A DNA stretch of 64,000 nt from Nitrospirota bacterium (GCA_049325335.1 JBMOMC010000044.1:128001-192000); one strand, 5' to 3'. Counted from the first letter of the stretch, positions 51,515 to 64,000 are shown. Made by a program: numbers and translations. Notes: generated from the letters alone by a model not told the origin.

Positions 51515-54427
51515 ATGACCCGCGTCTTTCGAGACCGTAGCGTGGTTCGGCGTCCGATGCTCCCGGCGATATCGGCGTACGCGCTCGGTTCCATCCTCGC
51601 GTCCTGCGCGCTCGTCGTGCTCCCCGACACCAAGTACCCGCCGTCATTGACCTGGCGAACGATCGCCACCGAGCACTTCGTGGTCGAATTTCACCAAGGG
51701 GAAGACGCCCTGGCGCGACGCGTCGCGGACATCGCCGAAGACGCGCACCGGCGACTCGTTCCGATATTACACTGGGAACCCGCCGCGCCCACGCACCTGG
51801 TCCTGTCCGACACGTCGGACGACGTGTCCGGCGCGGCCACGCCGATTCCCTACAACGTCATGTACATCAATCTCACCCCGCCGGTCGGGTCGATGTTCCT
51901 GATCAACTATGACGACTGGCTGCGCCTGGTCATCACCCACGAATACGCGCACATCCTCCACCTGGATACCGCGGGAGATGTCCCCGGCGGGTTGCGCAGG
52001 GTCTTCGGTCGCGTCCCGTTCGTCCTGTTTCCGTTTCTCAGCACCATTCCCAACCTGTGGCAGCCCATCTGGATGGTCGAAGGGCTGGCCACGTATGAAG
52101 AAACCGAGCTCGGCGCCAGCGATCGACGTGACGGCGCCTTTGCCGACATGATCTTGCGCATGGCCGTCTTGGAAAACGCCTTCCCGACCATCGACCAGGC
52201 CGACGGACTGGACCGCTGGCCCGCCGGCCACACGCCGTACCTGTTCGGCGCGCGGTTCTACCAGTACCTCGCGTCGCAGTTCGGCGACCACGTTCCGGCC
52301 GAAATTTCCCGGCTGTACGCGGCGCGGCCGGCGACCTTCTTCGTCGGCGCCACGGCTCAGAGCTTGCTGGGATCGGGGTACGCGCCGATCTGGGAACGGT
52401 GGCGCGAGTCCCTCGTCGTGCGATTCCAAACCGAGCGCGATCACATCAGCGCGCGGGGTCTCACCGTGGGCGTCGCGTTGACCGATCGCGGCGGCATGAT
52501 CCTCGGCCCCGCGGCGTCGCCGGACGGCGCGCGCATTGCCTACACCGAACACAATTTCGAAACGTTTCCCTCGTTGCGGATCGTGCAGACCGACGGCGCG
52601 GGCGACCACGAACTCGTCGTTCGCAACTCCGGGTTCCACGTCTCGTGGTCCCCCGACAACTCACAACTCGCCTTCTCCCAGCGCGAGACCTGGAAGAACT
52701 ATTCAACCTACGACGATCTGTATCTGACGGACGCGCGCACCGGCCGCGTCCGCCGCCTCACGAGCGGCGCGCGCGCGAGCGACCCGGATTTTTCCCCCGA
52801 CGGCAAGACCCTGGTCTTCGTGGGACGCGAACTGGGGCGAAGTCGGCTCGCGACGTTCGACCTCGCAACCGGCGCGATCCGGCCGCTCACCGAGTGGAAC
52901 GACGCCGTCCAGTACGCCACTCCCCGCTGGTCTCCGGACGGCGCGCGGATCGCGGTGACGATCCGATCCAACGGCCGGCAAGACATCGCCCTGCTCGACG
53001 TACACACGCAAACGCTCACGCCCGTCACCAACGACTCGGCCCTGGACCTCACCCCGAGTTGGACGCGCGACGGTCGCACGGTGTATTTCACGTCCGACCG
53101 GACCGGCGTGTACAACGTGTTCGCGTACTCGCTCGTTGACAGGACGCTCTTCCGGGCGACCAACGTGCTGGGCGGCGCGTTCACTCCGACGGCGCTGCCC
53201 GACGGTCGGATCGTGTTCGCGGACTACCACGCACGCGGTTTTGATCTGCGTATCCATGCGCCGACGGCCATCCCGGCGTCATCGACATCACCGACACCGG
53301 ACCGCGCGCAACCGCCGCCCGTGACGCCGACCGTCCCCTCCGCGTCGCGGCCGTACTCCCCGCTCCCCACGCTGGCCCCGCGCTTTTGGGCCCCCGTGCT
53401 CAGCGTCGACGAAGAAGGCGGACAATACGGGGTGACGACCGGCGGGCTCGATGTGTTGGGGTACCACAAGTACGCGTTGACCGCGCTCTATGGGCCCAGC
53501 AGCGGACGCGGCAGCTACGTCCTCACGTATGGATACGATCGGTGGTATCCGTCATTGACCCTCTCGGTATCCGACGTGGCAGCGCTCTACGGCGACTTTT
53601 TTCAGGAACCCAACGGCCGCACCAGCGAATATTGGGAGCAGCGCCAACGCCTTACCGCGGACATCACCCTCCCGATCCTGAAAACACGATGGTCGGCGGC
53701 GCTTTCCGTCGGCTACCGCGGAGAACGGTTGAGCGCGTTACGCGTGACGCCGATCGGCGCCCAGGCCCCGGCCGAAGGCGTCATGACGGGGCTTCGCGCG
53801 GCCTGGCGATACACCGACGCCCACGAGTTCGGTCGCTCCATCAGCCCGGAAGGCGGGCGACGCCTCCTCGCCGCGTTCCAACGCAACGACGAGTCATGGG
53901 GCGGCGACTTCAACACCGTTCGGTATCTCGGCGCGTGGTATGAATACATCAGCCTGCCGCACCTTCCCCATCACGTACTCGCCCTCCGCGCCGTGGGCGG
54001 CAGATCATCGGGCGACATCCTCCCACAGAGAATGTTTCAACTCGGCGGGGTGGCCCTCTCCGAGGAAGCGGTGGACGGCGACGGCGAGACCGTGTTGCTG
54101 CGCGGCTACCGCGCGCGCGCCATTCGCGGGCAGAAAGTGGCCGTGGGCAGCGCGGAGTACCGGTTTCCGATCCGCAACATCGAACGCGGGTTCACGACCA
54201 AGCCCTTCTTCTTTCAACGCGTGCACGGCGCCGTGTTCGTGGATCACGGCAACGCCTGGGACCTCCGGGCCGATGCGTCCAACTATCGCACCGGGGTGGG
54301 AGCGGAGCTCGGCACGGACATGACCATCGGATACCGACTGCGGATTCGCGTTCGACTCGGAGTCGCGGTCGGCCGCAGCGACGACGGCGTGACGCAAGCG
54401 TACTTGAGCGCGGGCCACGCGTTTTAG
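51515..54427 (+). CDS. Metallopeptidase-like domain + TolB/PD40 propeller + Omp85-type barrel outer-membrane protein
   Basis: Lipobox-like LASC, HEYAH...EGLATY, repeated SPDG, LRGY and SAEYRFP barrel motifs, C-terminal F. Confidence 0.82.
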   Translation: MTRVFRDRSVVRRPMLPAISAYALGSILASCALVVLPDTKYPPSLTWRTIATEHFVVEFHQGEDALARRVADIAEDAHRRLVPILHWEPAAPTHLVLSDTSDDVSGAATPIPYNVMYINLTPPVGSMFLINYDDWLRLVITHEYAHILHLDTAGDVPGGLRRVFGRVPFVLFPFLSTIPNLWQPIWMVEGLATYEETELGASDRRDGAFADMILRMAVLENAFPTIDQADGLDRWPAGHTPYLFGARFYQYLASQFGDHVPAEISRLYAARPATFFVGATAQSLLGSGYAPIWERWRESLVVRFQTERDHISARGLTVGVALTDRGGMILGPAASPDGARIAYTEHNFETFPSLRIVQTDGAGDHELVVRNSGFHVSWSPDNSQLAFSQRETWKNYSTYDDLYLTDARTGRVRRLTSGARASDPDFSPDGKTLVFVGRELGRSRLATFDLATGAIRPLTEWNDAVQYATPRWSPDGARIAVTIRSNGRQDIALLDVHTQTLTPVTNDSALDLTPSWTRDGRTVYFTSDRTGVYNVFAYSLVDRTLFRATNVLGGAFTPTALPDGRIVFADYHARGFDLRIHAPTAIPASSTSPTPDRAQPPPVTPTVPSASRPYSPLPTLAPRFWAPVLSVDEEGGQYGVTTGGLDVLGYHKYALTALYGPSSGRGSYVLTYGYDRWYPSLTLSVSDVAALYGDFFQEPNGRTSEYWEQRQRLTADITLPILKTRWSAALSVGYRGERLSALRVTPIGAQAPAEGVMTGLRAAWRYTDAHEFGRSISPEGGRRLLAAFQRNDESWGGDFNTVRYLGAWYEYISLPHLPHHVLALRAVGGRSSGDILPQRMFQLGGVALSEEAVDGDGETVLLRGYRARAIRGQKVAVGSAEYRFPIRNIERGFTTKPFFFQRVHGAVFVDHGNAWDLRADASNYRTGVGAELGTDMTIGYRLRIRVRLGVAVGRSDDGVTQAYLSAGHAF

Positions 54428-54437
54428 CCGAGGCGCT

Positions 54438-54887
54438 GTGCGGACGGGCTCTCAACCACACGCATCGCCCGCCGCGGTGAGCCGCCTGACCGCGACGATC
54501 GTCCTCCCCGCCCTCATGGTAACGGGATGCCTTGCAGCGCTGGACACCGACGCCGTGACCATTCCGCCCTCGCGCATCGAACACTTCACCACCAGGCTCT
54601 CAACCCCCGTGCACATCCCCCCGCTCCTGAAGCCTCCCGTCGCCCACCCCGACTACCCCGACTACGCCATGCGCCATCCGAAACCCGGTATGGTGCTCCT
54701 TAAAATCGATATCGATGCCCAAGGCCGCGTGAGCGCAGTCGAGGTCATCGAGTCCACCAACATCCTCCTGGAATCGGCCGCGCGCCAGGCCGCCCTCCAA
54801 TGGTCCTTCGAACCGGCCCGACGACACAGTTTCCCGGTCGCCGCCACCATCGTCGTGCCTGTCGAGTTTACGCAGGGGGAACGGTAG
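54438..54887 (+). CDS. TonB C-terminal domain protein
   Basis: PDYP..A, GMVLLKIDIDAQGRV, AALQWSFEPA, VPVEF; lipobox-like VTGC. Confidence 0.85.
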   Translation: MRTGSQPHASPAAVSRLTATIVLPALMVTGCLAALDTDAVTIPPSRIEHFTTRLSTPVHIPPLLKPPVAHPDYPDYAMRHPKPGMVLLKIDIDAQGRVSAVEVIESTNILLESAARQAALQWSFEPARRHSFPVAATIVVPVEFTQGER

Positions 54888-54964
54888 CGACCGGAACGCG
54901 TTGCTCGTCGGCATGCCTCGAATCAATCGGACCGGTCTCGATTCGTACCGGCGGATATCCCCGC

Positions 54965-55009
54965 TTGACAATCGGCTGCTCGCAACTCTACAGTGAGTGA
55001 GTATTCACT
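54965..55009 (+). promoter_or_regulatory. TetR operon promoter and palindromic operator
   Basis: TTGACA, 18 bp spacer, TACAGT, then AGTGAGTATTCACT (12/14 palindrome, 54996-55009). Confidence 0.7.
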
Positions 55010-55025
55010 TCTTCCTGGGCGATTG

Positions 55026-55610
55026 ATGCGTCTACTGACCGAGCACGTCAAACCCGACACCTTCCTCCCCCGGATCATGAAGGCCGCACTCGTCCTTTTT
55101 GTGGAAAAGGGCATCGACGGCGCCACGATCAAGGACATCGCCAAACGCGCCAAGGTGTCCGAAGGCGCGCTGTACCGGCACTTCGCGAGCAAAGACGAAC
55201 TGGCCTGGCACTTGTTTTCCACTCATTTGGCCGCCTTCACCGCCCACCTGAATGCAACGGTCTTTGCGCATGAGACGGCCCAAGAGCGCGTGCGGGCGTT
55301 CGTGTCCGAGTGTTTCAAGGCGTTTGACGAACACCAAAATTTGTTCACGTTCCTGATTCTGTCCGAACATCGCGAGCTCAAGAAGTTCCAGGGCCGCGGC
55401 CCGCACCCCGGCCATCTGATCCTCCGGATCATCCGCGAGGGCCAACACGCCGGGGAAATTTCTCCCGGCGATCCATACGTCTTGGGGTCGCTCGCGCTGG
55501 GCGGCATCATCAGAACCTGCGTGGTCCGCATGTACGGCGGTATCACGAAGAGTCTCGCCGCATGCGAGCGCGAAGTCGCCGACCGCTTGTGGAGCATGTT
55601 GGCGCGATGA
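55026..55610 (+). CDS. TetR/AcrR-family regulator
   Basis: AALVLFVEKGIDGATIKDIAKRAKVSEGALYRHFASKDEL. Confidence 0.93.
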   Translation: MRLLTEHVKPDTFLPRIMKAALVLFVEKGIDGATIKDIAKRAKVSEGALYRHFASKDELAWHLFSTHLAAFTAHLNATVFAHETAQERVRAFVSECFKAFDEHQNLFTFLILSEHRELKKFQGRGPHPGHLILRIIREGQHAGEISPGDPYVLGSLALGGIIRTCVVRMYGGITKSLAACEREVADRLWSMLAR

Positions 55611-56488
55611 ACCGACGATTCGCTATCATCATGACAACCACCCTGCTGCTGTTGGGAATCGCCGTCCACCGGGGTACCGCCTCTCTGAGCGGCGCTCCGG
55701 TTCCTCGCGGTGAAACGGTCGTCCTGCTCCACGGACTGATGACCACCACGTGGCACATGAAACGCATCGAACGGTCCTTGACCCGCCAGGGATATGCGGT
55801 GGAGAACTGGGAATACGACAGCCGACACGGAATGATCGAGGATTATGCCCGCGCGCTGCACGATGTGGTGCGGGCCCTCCCGTCTGATCAACCTCTACAC
55901 TTCGTGGGGTTCAGTCTGGGAAGCCTGATCATCCGATACTACCTCGGTCATTACGAAGTTCCCAGCCTCGGTCGGGTCGTCATGATCGGTCCGCCCAACC
56001 ACGGCTCGGAATTGGCCGACGTGGTATTCCCCTCGGCGTGGTTCCGCGCCTTGGCAGGGTCCGACGTCACGGCGCAGCTTCGCGCCTCGAACCGCGAGTT
56101 TTTCGACGCACTGGACATACCGTCCGTCCCCGTCGGTATCATTGCCGGCGGACGCGGCGACACCGTCGGCTTCAGTGACGCGTTACCGGGCGATGATGAC
56201 GGACGCGTATCGGTTGAAAGCGCGCGGCTCGACGGTGCCGAGGACTTCATCGTCTTGCCGCACCGGCACGTCATGTTGCTCGTCGCGAACGACACGTTGC
56301 ATCAGGTCCTCCGCTTCATCACGAGCGGTCATTTCGATCACGCCGTCTGGAGTCACGCGGCCGGGAACACCTACCACCTGCGTCCCTCCGCGACGAACTC
56401 TCCGAGCGTTGCTATCCTCCCTCGTCAAGAGATGGCGTCCCCCAACCGCGGGACATGGCCACCCCCAGCCCAAGGAGATTCGCCGTGA
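55607..56488 (+). CDS. Exported alpha/beta-hydrolase (lipase/esterase)
   Basis: Signal peptide, LLHGL, GFSLG nucleophile elbow, PPNHGS, DDGRVSVES, His. Confidence 0.88.
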   Translation: MNRRFAIIMTTTLLLLGIAVHRGTASLSGAPVPRGETVVLLHGLMTTTWHMKRIERSLTRQGYAVENWEYDSRHGMIEDYARALHDVVRALPSDQPLHFVGFSLGSLIIRYYLGHYEVPSLGRVVMIGPPNHGSELADVVFPSAWFRALAGSDVTAQLRASNREFFDALDIPSVPVGIIAGGRGDTVGFSDALPGDDDGRVSVESARLDGAEDFIVLPHRHVMLLVANDTLHQVLRFITSGHFDHAVWSHAAGNTYHLRPSATNSPSVAILPRQEMASPNRGTWPPPAQGDSP

Positions 56489-59400
56489 CTACCGGCACGT
56501 ACCGTACATTGCTCACGTCCTGGGGCTTCCAATCGTTTCTGTGGACGCAGTTTCTCGGCGCGTTCAACGACAACGTGTACAAGATCGTGGTGTCCATGCT
56601 TGCGGTGGGCGCGGCCGTGGGCACGGGCGGCAGCGGCGATCTCTCGCTTGTGGGCGCGGTGTTCATCCTGCCGTTTCTCCTGTTTTCCGGGTACGCCGGC
56701 CACCTCGCGGACACGCTTAACAAGCGCCGGGTGCTGATCGCCACGAAAGTGTTCGAAATTGCGGTCATGCTGCTCGCCGTGGGGGCGCTCGCATCCGGAC
56801 GCATCGAGTGGATGCTCGGCGTGTTGTTCGTGACGGCAATCCAAGCCACCCTGTTCAGTCCGGCCAAGTACGGCATCCTGCCGGAGATGCTGCCCGACCG
56901 CGATCTCTCGCGCGCCAACGGCGTGTTGGAAATGAGCACGTTCATGGCGATCATCCTCGGCACGTCGCTCGGCACGTTCCTGTTCGCGGCGTGGCGTGAC
57001 CAGTTGAGTCTGATCGGGCTGGTGCTGGTCGCTGTCGCGATCGCCGGGACCATGACCAGCCTCGGCATTGCCAAGGTTCACACGCCCACGCGCGGCAAAC
57101 CGATCCCCCGCAACCCGTGGAGCGAGATCGTCGACGGCCTCAAAACGCTCTACCGAGACCGCACGCTCTGGCTCACCGTGGTCGGGATCAGCTACTTCTG
57201 GTTCCTGGGCGCCTTGTTTCAGATGGACCTGCTGTTGCTCGGGAAGGACACGATGCAGCTCACCGACCTTCATGTCGGCCTGCTCGGAACGTTCTTGGCC
57301 GTCGGCATCGGTCTGGGCAGCATGGCCGCCGGCCGGTTATCCGGCGACAAGGTGGAACTCGGGTTGGTGCCCTTAGGTTCGATCGGGATGGGTGTCTGCT
57401 CAATCTGGCTCGGCTCGTCACCCCACTCGTACGCGCAGGTCTCGGCCCTTCTCGCGGCGCTGGGTTTCTCCAGCGGCCTGTTCATCGTCCCGCTCAACGC
57501 GCTGCTGCAACAGAGGAGCGGCGCCCACGAAAAAGGCCGGCTGATCGCCACCAACAACTTCCTCAACACCATCGGGATCCTGCTCGCCTCCGGAGCGTTG
57601 TGGGGGTGCCGCGACTCGCTGGGCATCTCACCGCAAGGGATCATCCTGCTCTTCGGGTTCGTCACGCTCGGAGCCACCGCGTACATCGTGTGGATCCTTC
57701 CCGATTTCCTCATTCGCTTTTCGCTCTGGATGCTCACCCACACGATTTACCGCATCCGGCTCGTGGGGCAGGAGCACGTGCCGTTTCGTGGACCGGCCTT
57801 GTTGGTGTGTAACCACGTCTCACACGTGGACGCGCTGTTGGTGGGCGCCTGCGTGCAGCGCTTCATCAGGTTCATGGTGTACAAACCGTACTACGAGCTG
57901 CCCGCGCTGCACTGGCTCTTTTGCGCGATGAAGGCCATTCCGGTCTCTGGCCGCCACCACCGCGAGGTGGTGGACGCGCTCGACCGAGCGCGCGCCGAAC
58001 TGAGGGAAGGCCACGTAGTCTGCATCTTCGCCGAGGGCGCGATCAGCCGCACCGGCAACCTGTTGCCGTTCAAGCGAGGATTCGAAAAGATCATGGAGGG
58101 GATCGACGTCCCGGTGATCCCCGTGCATCTCGACCGGCTCTGGGGCAGCGTCTTTAGTTTCAAGGACGGCAAGTTCTTCTGGAAGTGGCCGCTGCGCGTT
58201 CCGTATCCCGTGACCGTCTCGTTCGGTCAACCGATGCCCGCGACCGCCACCGCCGCCGAGGTTCGACAGGCGATTCAGGAAATGAGCAGCGACGTGGTGG
58301 AGCACCGCCGCGATACCAACGACCTGCTGCACCGGCGGTTTATCCACGTGGCCAAGCGCCGGTGGTTCTCGTTCTGCATGGCGGATTCGAGCGGCCGGCG
58401 CCTTACCTACGGGCAGACCCTGGTCGGCAGCCTCCTGATCGCGCGATGGCTCACCGCGCACCGTCGCGATGAGCCCATGATCGGCCTCCTGCTCCCGTCA
58501 TCGATCGCGGGGGCGCTGGCCAACCTGGCGGTGTCCTTGGCCGGGCGCGCGCCCGTGAACCTGAATTTTACGGTCGGACGCGAGGCACTGGACTCGTCGA
58601 TCGAACAATGCGGCATCCGCACCATCATCACGTCCAGGATCTTCCTGGCCAAGGCCAAGCTGGAGGAACGACCGGGTATGGTCTTCTTCGAGGACCTCGT
58701 CAAGGAGGTCGGTTCTTTCCAGAAGCTCGCATGGTTCCTCGCCGCGGCCCTGTTGCCGTCCCGGACCGTGGCCGCGTTCGCGGACCGGACCGAACCCGAT
58801 CCCCGGCGCCTGGCCACTGTGATCTTTTCCAGCGGCAGTACCGGCACGCCAAAGGGCGTGATGCTCTCTCACCACAACGTCTTGTCCAACATCGAATCGC
58901 TCGCGCAGATCTTTTGGGTCACCGGACAAGACCGCGTGCTCGGGGCGTTGCCGTTCTTCCATTCATTTGGATTCACCGGCACGCTCTGGTTTCCCATGCT
59001 CTGCGGGTTTGGCGCGGTCTACCACCCCAACCCGCTGGACGCGAAGGCGTTGGGCGAACTCGTCGCGACCCGTCGCGCCACGATTCTCATCAGCACCCCG
59101 AGCTTCTACAACGCGTACCTGCGCAAGTGCACCAAGGAACAGTTCGCCACCATCCGCTACGCCATGGTGGGCGCGGAGAAACTACGCGAGTCACTCGCCG
59201 CGGCCTTCCGCGAGACCTACGGCATCGAGTTATTGGAGGGCTACGGATGCACCGAAATGAGCCCGGTGGTCGCGGTGAACGTCCCGAACGTGGATCACCG
59301 ATCCGAGCATCAGACCGGACTCAAACCAGGCACGGTGGGGCACCCGATCCCCGGCGTGGCGGCCAAGGTGGTTGATCCCGACACCCGCGAACCCCTGCCC

Positions 59401-59904
59401 ATTGGCGCCGAAGGCCTGTTGCTCGTCAAGGGGGCGAATCGGATGTTAGGGTATCTCGGCGAGCCCAAGAAGACCGCCGATGTCCTGCACAACGGATGGT
59501 ACGTGACCGGCGACATCGCGGCCATCGACGATGACGGTTTCATCCGGATCACGGATCGCCTCTCGCGATTCTCCAAGATCGGCGGCGAGATGGTCCCGCA
59601 TCTCAAAGTCGAAGAAGCCGTCAACAACATCCTGGGTGATCACGCCTGCGTGGTGACCGCGGTGCCGGACGAACAGAAGGGTGAACGATTGATCGTCCTC
59701 TACACCCGTCGTGACATCCAACCGGACGCGCTGTGGACACAACTCTCCCGAACGGAATTACCCAAACTCTGGATTCCAAAACGGGGTAGTTTCTACGTGA
59801 TCGAAAAACTTCCGGTGTTAGGGACGGGTAAGGTGGATCTGCGCACCGCGAGGTCGATGGCGCTGGCGTACGCCCGGCCTGAGGACAACCAGGACGAGGC
59901 GTAG
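56485..59904 (+). CDS. aas: LplT-type MFS + acyltransferase + acyl-ACP synthetase trifunctional protein
   Basis: TQFLGAFNDN, PAKYGILPE; NHVSHVD, FAEG; FSSGSTGTPKG, EGYGCTE, DRLSRFSKIGGE; GTG 56485 with RBS AAGGAG. Confidence 0.93.
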   Translation: MTTGTYRTLLTSWGFQSFLWTQFLGAFNDNVYKIVVSMLAVGAAVGTGGSGDLSLVGAVFILPFLLFSGYAGHLADTLNKRRVLIATKVFEIAVMLLAVGALASGRIEWMLGVLFVTAIQATLFSPAKYGILPEMLPDRDLSRANGVLEMSTFMAIILGTSLGTFLFAAWRDQLSLIGLVLVAVAIAGTMTSLGIAKVHTPTRGKPIPRNPWSEIVDGLKTLYRDRTLWLTVVGISYFWFLGALFQMDLLLLGKDTMQLTDLHVGLLGTFLAVGIGLGSMAAGRLSGDKVELGLVPLGSIGMGVCSIWLGSSPHSYAQVSALLAALGFSSGLFIVPLNALLQQRSGAHEKGRLIATNNFLNTIGILLASGALWGCRDSLGISPQGIILLFGFVTLGATAYIVWILPDFLIRFSLWMLTHTIYRIRLVGQEHVPFRGPALLVCNHVSHVDALLVGACVQRFIRFMVYKPYYELPALHWLFCAMKAIPVSGRHHREVVDALDRARAELREGHVVCIFAEGAISRTGNLLPFKRGFEKIMEGIDVPVIPVHLDRLWGSVFSFKDGKFFWKWPLRVPYPVTVSFGQPMPATATAAEVRQAIQEMSSDVVEHRRDTNDLLHRRFIHVAKRRWFSFCMADSSGRRLTYGQTLVGSLLIARWLTAHRRDEPMIGLLLPSSIAGALANLAVSLAGRAPVNLNFTVGREALDSSIEQCGIRTIITSRIFLAKAKLEERPGMVFFEDLVKEVGSFQKLAWFLAAALLPSRTVAAFADRTEPDPRRLATVIFSSGSTGTPKGVMLSHHNVLSNIESLAQIFWVTGQDRVLGALPFFHSFGFTGTLWFPMLCGFGAVYHPNPLDAKALGELVATRRATILISTPSFYNAYLRKCTKEQFATIRYAMVGAEKLRESLAAAFRETYGIELLEGYGCTEMSPVVAVNVPNVDHRSEHQTGLKPGTVGHPIPGVAAKVVDPDTREPLPIGAEGLLLVKGANRMLGYLGEPKKTADVLHNGWYVTGDIAAIDDDGFIRITDRLSRFSKIGGEMVPHLKVEEAVNNILGDHACVVTAVPDEQKGERLIVLYTRRDIQPDALWTQLSRTELPKLWIPKRGSFYVIEKLPVLGTGKVDLRTARSMALAYARPEDNQDEA

Positions 59905-59917
59905 AACGGGCAAAAGC

Positions 59918-59967
59918 AAATCCCCCCTTGCCCCCCCATTTTTCAAAGGGGGGATGAGGGGGGATTT
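59918..59967. terminator. Palindromic repeat / bidirectional terminator between convergent genes
   Basis: AAATCCCCCCT-TG-CCCCCCC...GGGGGG-ATG-AGGGGGGATTT. Confidence 0.65.
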
Positions 59968-59973
59968 TTCAAC

Positions 59974-61215
59974 TTACGCTGAGCGGCGTGACGCCACGCG
60001 CGGTCCGCGTGAATGAGAACGATTGTGCTGCGGCCTGCGATCCTCGCGATGTGGGTGCGGCGGACGCCCCGGTCTTGCGGCCGCATGGGTCTGCGAGGGC
60101 TCGAACCCTTCGATAACCCGGTGCTCGACCGGCTTGCGCGCGGACCGTTGCATGTCCTTCCAGCGGTCGCGGTCCACTTCCGATACCAACGAGATCGCGC
60201 AGCCGCCTGATCCCGCCCTCGCGGTGCGGCCGATCCGGTGCACGTAGTCCTCGTACGTGTTGGGCACGTCGAAATTCACCACGTGCGAGACCTCGGGCAC
60301 GTCGATCCCGCGCGACGCGATGTCGGTCGCCACCAAGACCCGCGCCCGCCCGGTCTTAAAATCACTCAGCGCCCGCACCCGCGCGGTTTGGCTCTTGTTG
60401 CTGTGCAATGCGGAAGCCGCGTGGCCTGCCTTTGTGAGGTGCTCGGCCAAGTGATTCGCACCGTGTTTGGTGCGCGTGAACACGATGGTGCGCTGCATCG
60501 CGGCATCACCCAGCAAATGCACCAGCAGCGACTTCTTCCGGCTGTGATCCACGTGGTGCCCGATCTGCGTGACTTCTTCCACCGTGCTGGCGGGAGGCGC
60601 CACGCTCACCGTGGTCGGGGTGACCAACAGCGCGTCCGCCAACGCCCGGATCGCGGGCGGCATGGTCGCGGAGAACATCATGGTCTGCCGCTGTTTCGGC
60701 AGCAACGCCACCAATCGTTTGATGTCGTTAATAAACCCCAGATCCAACATGCGGTCGGCTTCATCCAGCACCAGGATCTGCAACGCGTCGAACCGGATGG
60801 TCCTGCGCTGCACGTGATCCAGCAACCGCCCAGGCGTGGCGATGACGATATCCACCCCGCGCCGCAGCGCCTGTTCCTGCGAATCGTAGCCCACGCCGCC
60901 GAAAATCACGGTGGAGCGCAACGGCACAAACGCGCCCAACGCGCGCACGGATTCCCCAATCTGCAACGCCAGTTCGCGCGTCGGCGCCAACACCAATGCG
61001 CGCGGCGTGGCCCCCCGTGTTTTGCCCAAGCGTTGCAGCATGGGCAACGCGAACGCGGCGGTCTTACCCGTACCGGTCTGCGCGCACCCCAAGACGTCGC
61101 CGCCGGTCAACCCGGGTGGAATCGCCTGCTCTTGAATGGGGGTGGGAGTGGTGTACCCCGCGCGCTCCACGGCGCGCGTCAACTCGGGCTCAAGGCCCAA
61201 CTTCGAAAACGACAT
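59974..61215 (-). CDS. rhlE: DEAD-box RNA helicase (RhlE-like)
   Basis: PTPIQ, AQTGTGKT, PTRELA, DEAD, SAT, HRIGRTAR. Confidence 0.9.
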   Translation of the reverse strand: MSFSKLGLEPELTRAVERAGYTTPTPIQEQAIPPGLTGGDVLGCAQTGTGKTAAFALPMLQRLGKTRGATPRALVLAPTRELALQIGESVRALGAFVPLRSTVIFGGVGYDSQEQALRRGVDIVIATPGRLLDHVQRRTIRFDALQILVLDEADRMLDLGFINDIKRLVALLPKQRQTMMFSATMPPAIRALADALLVTPTTVSVAPPASTVEEVTQIGHHVDHSRKKSLLVHLLGDAAMQRTIVFTRTKHGANHLAEHLTKAGHAASALHSNKSQTARVRALSDFKTGRARVLVATDIASRGIDVPEVSHVVNFDVPNTYEDYVHRIGRTARAGSGGCAISLVSEVDRDRWKDMQRSARKPVEHRVIEGFEPSQTHAAARPGRPPHPHREDRRPQHNRSHSRGPRVASRRSA

Positions 61216-61428
61216 ACGTTTCCTTTCTGCGCGGAGCGTTCCTGCTCCGCCGTCTAGACCGGCGACATGCCCGGCGCGTAATACGCGCCGGAGAACCGAG
61301 ACGGGCTTTGATGATTAGGACCGAGGCACAATCGATAGCGGGGGAACAACGACTCGTGCGGCGGGAGACAGCCAGCCTCATATTCACGGACTGCGGTTAC
61401 TATACACGACTTGAGCCTGAAAGACCAG

Positions 61429-61458
61429 AAAAAAAAGGGGCGACCGGTGGTCGCCCCT
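61429..61458 (-). terminator. Rho-independent terminator of metK-ahcY
   Basis: GGGGCGACC-ACC-GGTCGCCCC stem followed by an 8-T run on the minus strand. Confidence 0.9.
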
Positions 61459-61488
61459 CCTGACCGAACGCCACGAATCAGACAACGC

Positions 61489-63937
<2,449 letters not shown>

Positions 63938-64000
63938 GACGGCGATCCTCCCTTCCTTGCTTGCGAAACGCACCGCAGACGGCGCTTGCCCGCGCCGAGG

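Overview
GC-rich bacterial chromosomal window from a diderm organism. It encodes TolC, a porin and an Omp85-type barrel; gene order such as rpoS-like sigma next to apt suggests Nitrospirota or a Deltaproteobacteria-like lineage (low-confidence inference). About 55 supportable CDS and one tRNA-Pro(CGG). 1-21 kb is nearly all minus strand: an operon behind a candidate Fur box (Com-like zinc finger, porin, ApbE fused to a twin-arginine segment and an FMN-binding domain, His-bearing 4-TM protein), bfr/bfd, a MacAB-TolC-type exporter, fur, prmA, an orphan Bell-domain protein with an amyloid-type tail, an ABM protein, a di-heme DHOR/Asp-box propeller fusion with a CRTAC1/ASPIC partner, moeA and M48/AIM24 genes. 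22-30 kb is a tightly coupled six-gene glycan-modification operon. Next come an OmpR-type two-component system, a lone integron cassette with no integrase, and hrpB. The right half is mostly housekeeping: acs, an rpiB-glyA fusion, nrdR, a Rossmann-sensor kinase with a NarL regulator, xerD, apt, rpoS-like sigma, ald, a TetR-lipase-aas operon, rhlE, ahcY and metK. Intergenic DNA holds several repeat families and a recurring TTGAC(A/T)-N18-TAnnnT promoter pattern. All calls come from motif recognition by eye; no database searches were run, and many starts were re-chosen from RBS and gene-overlap evidence.
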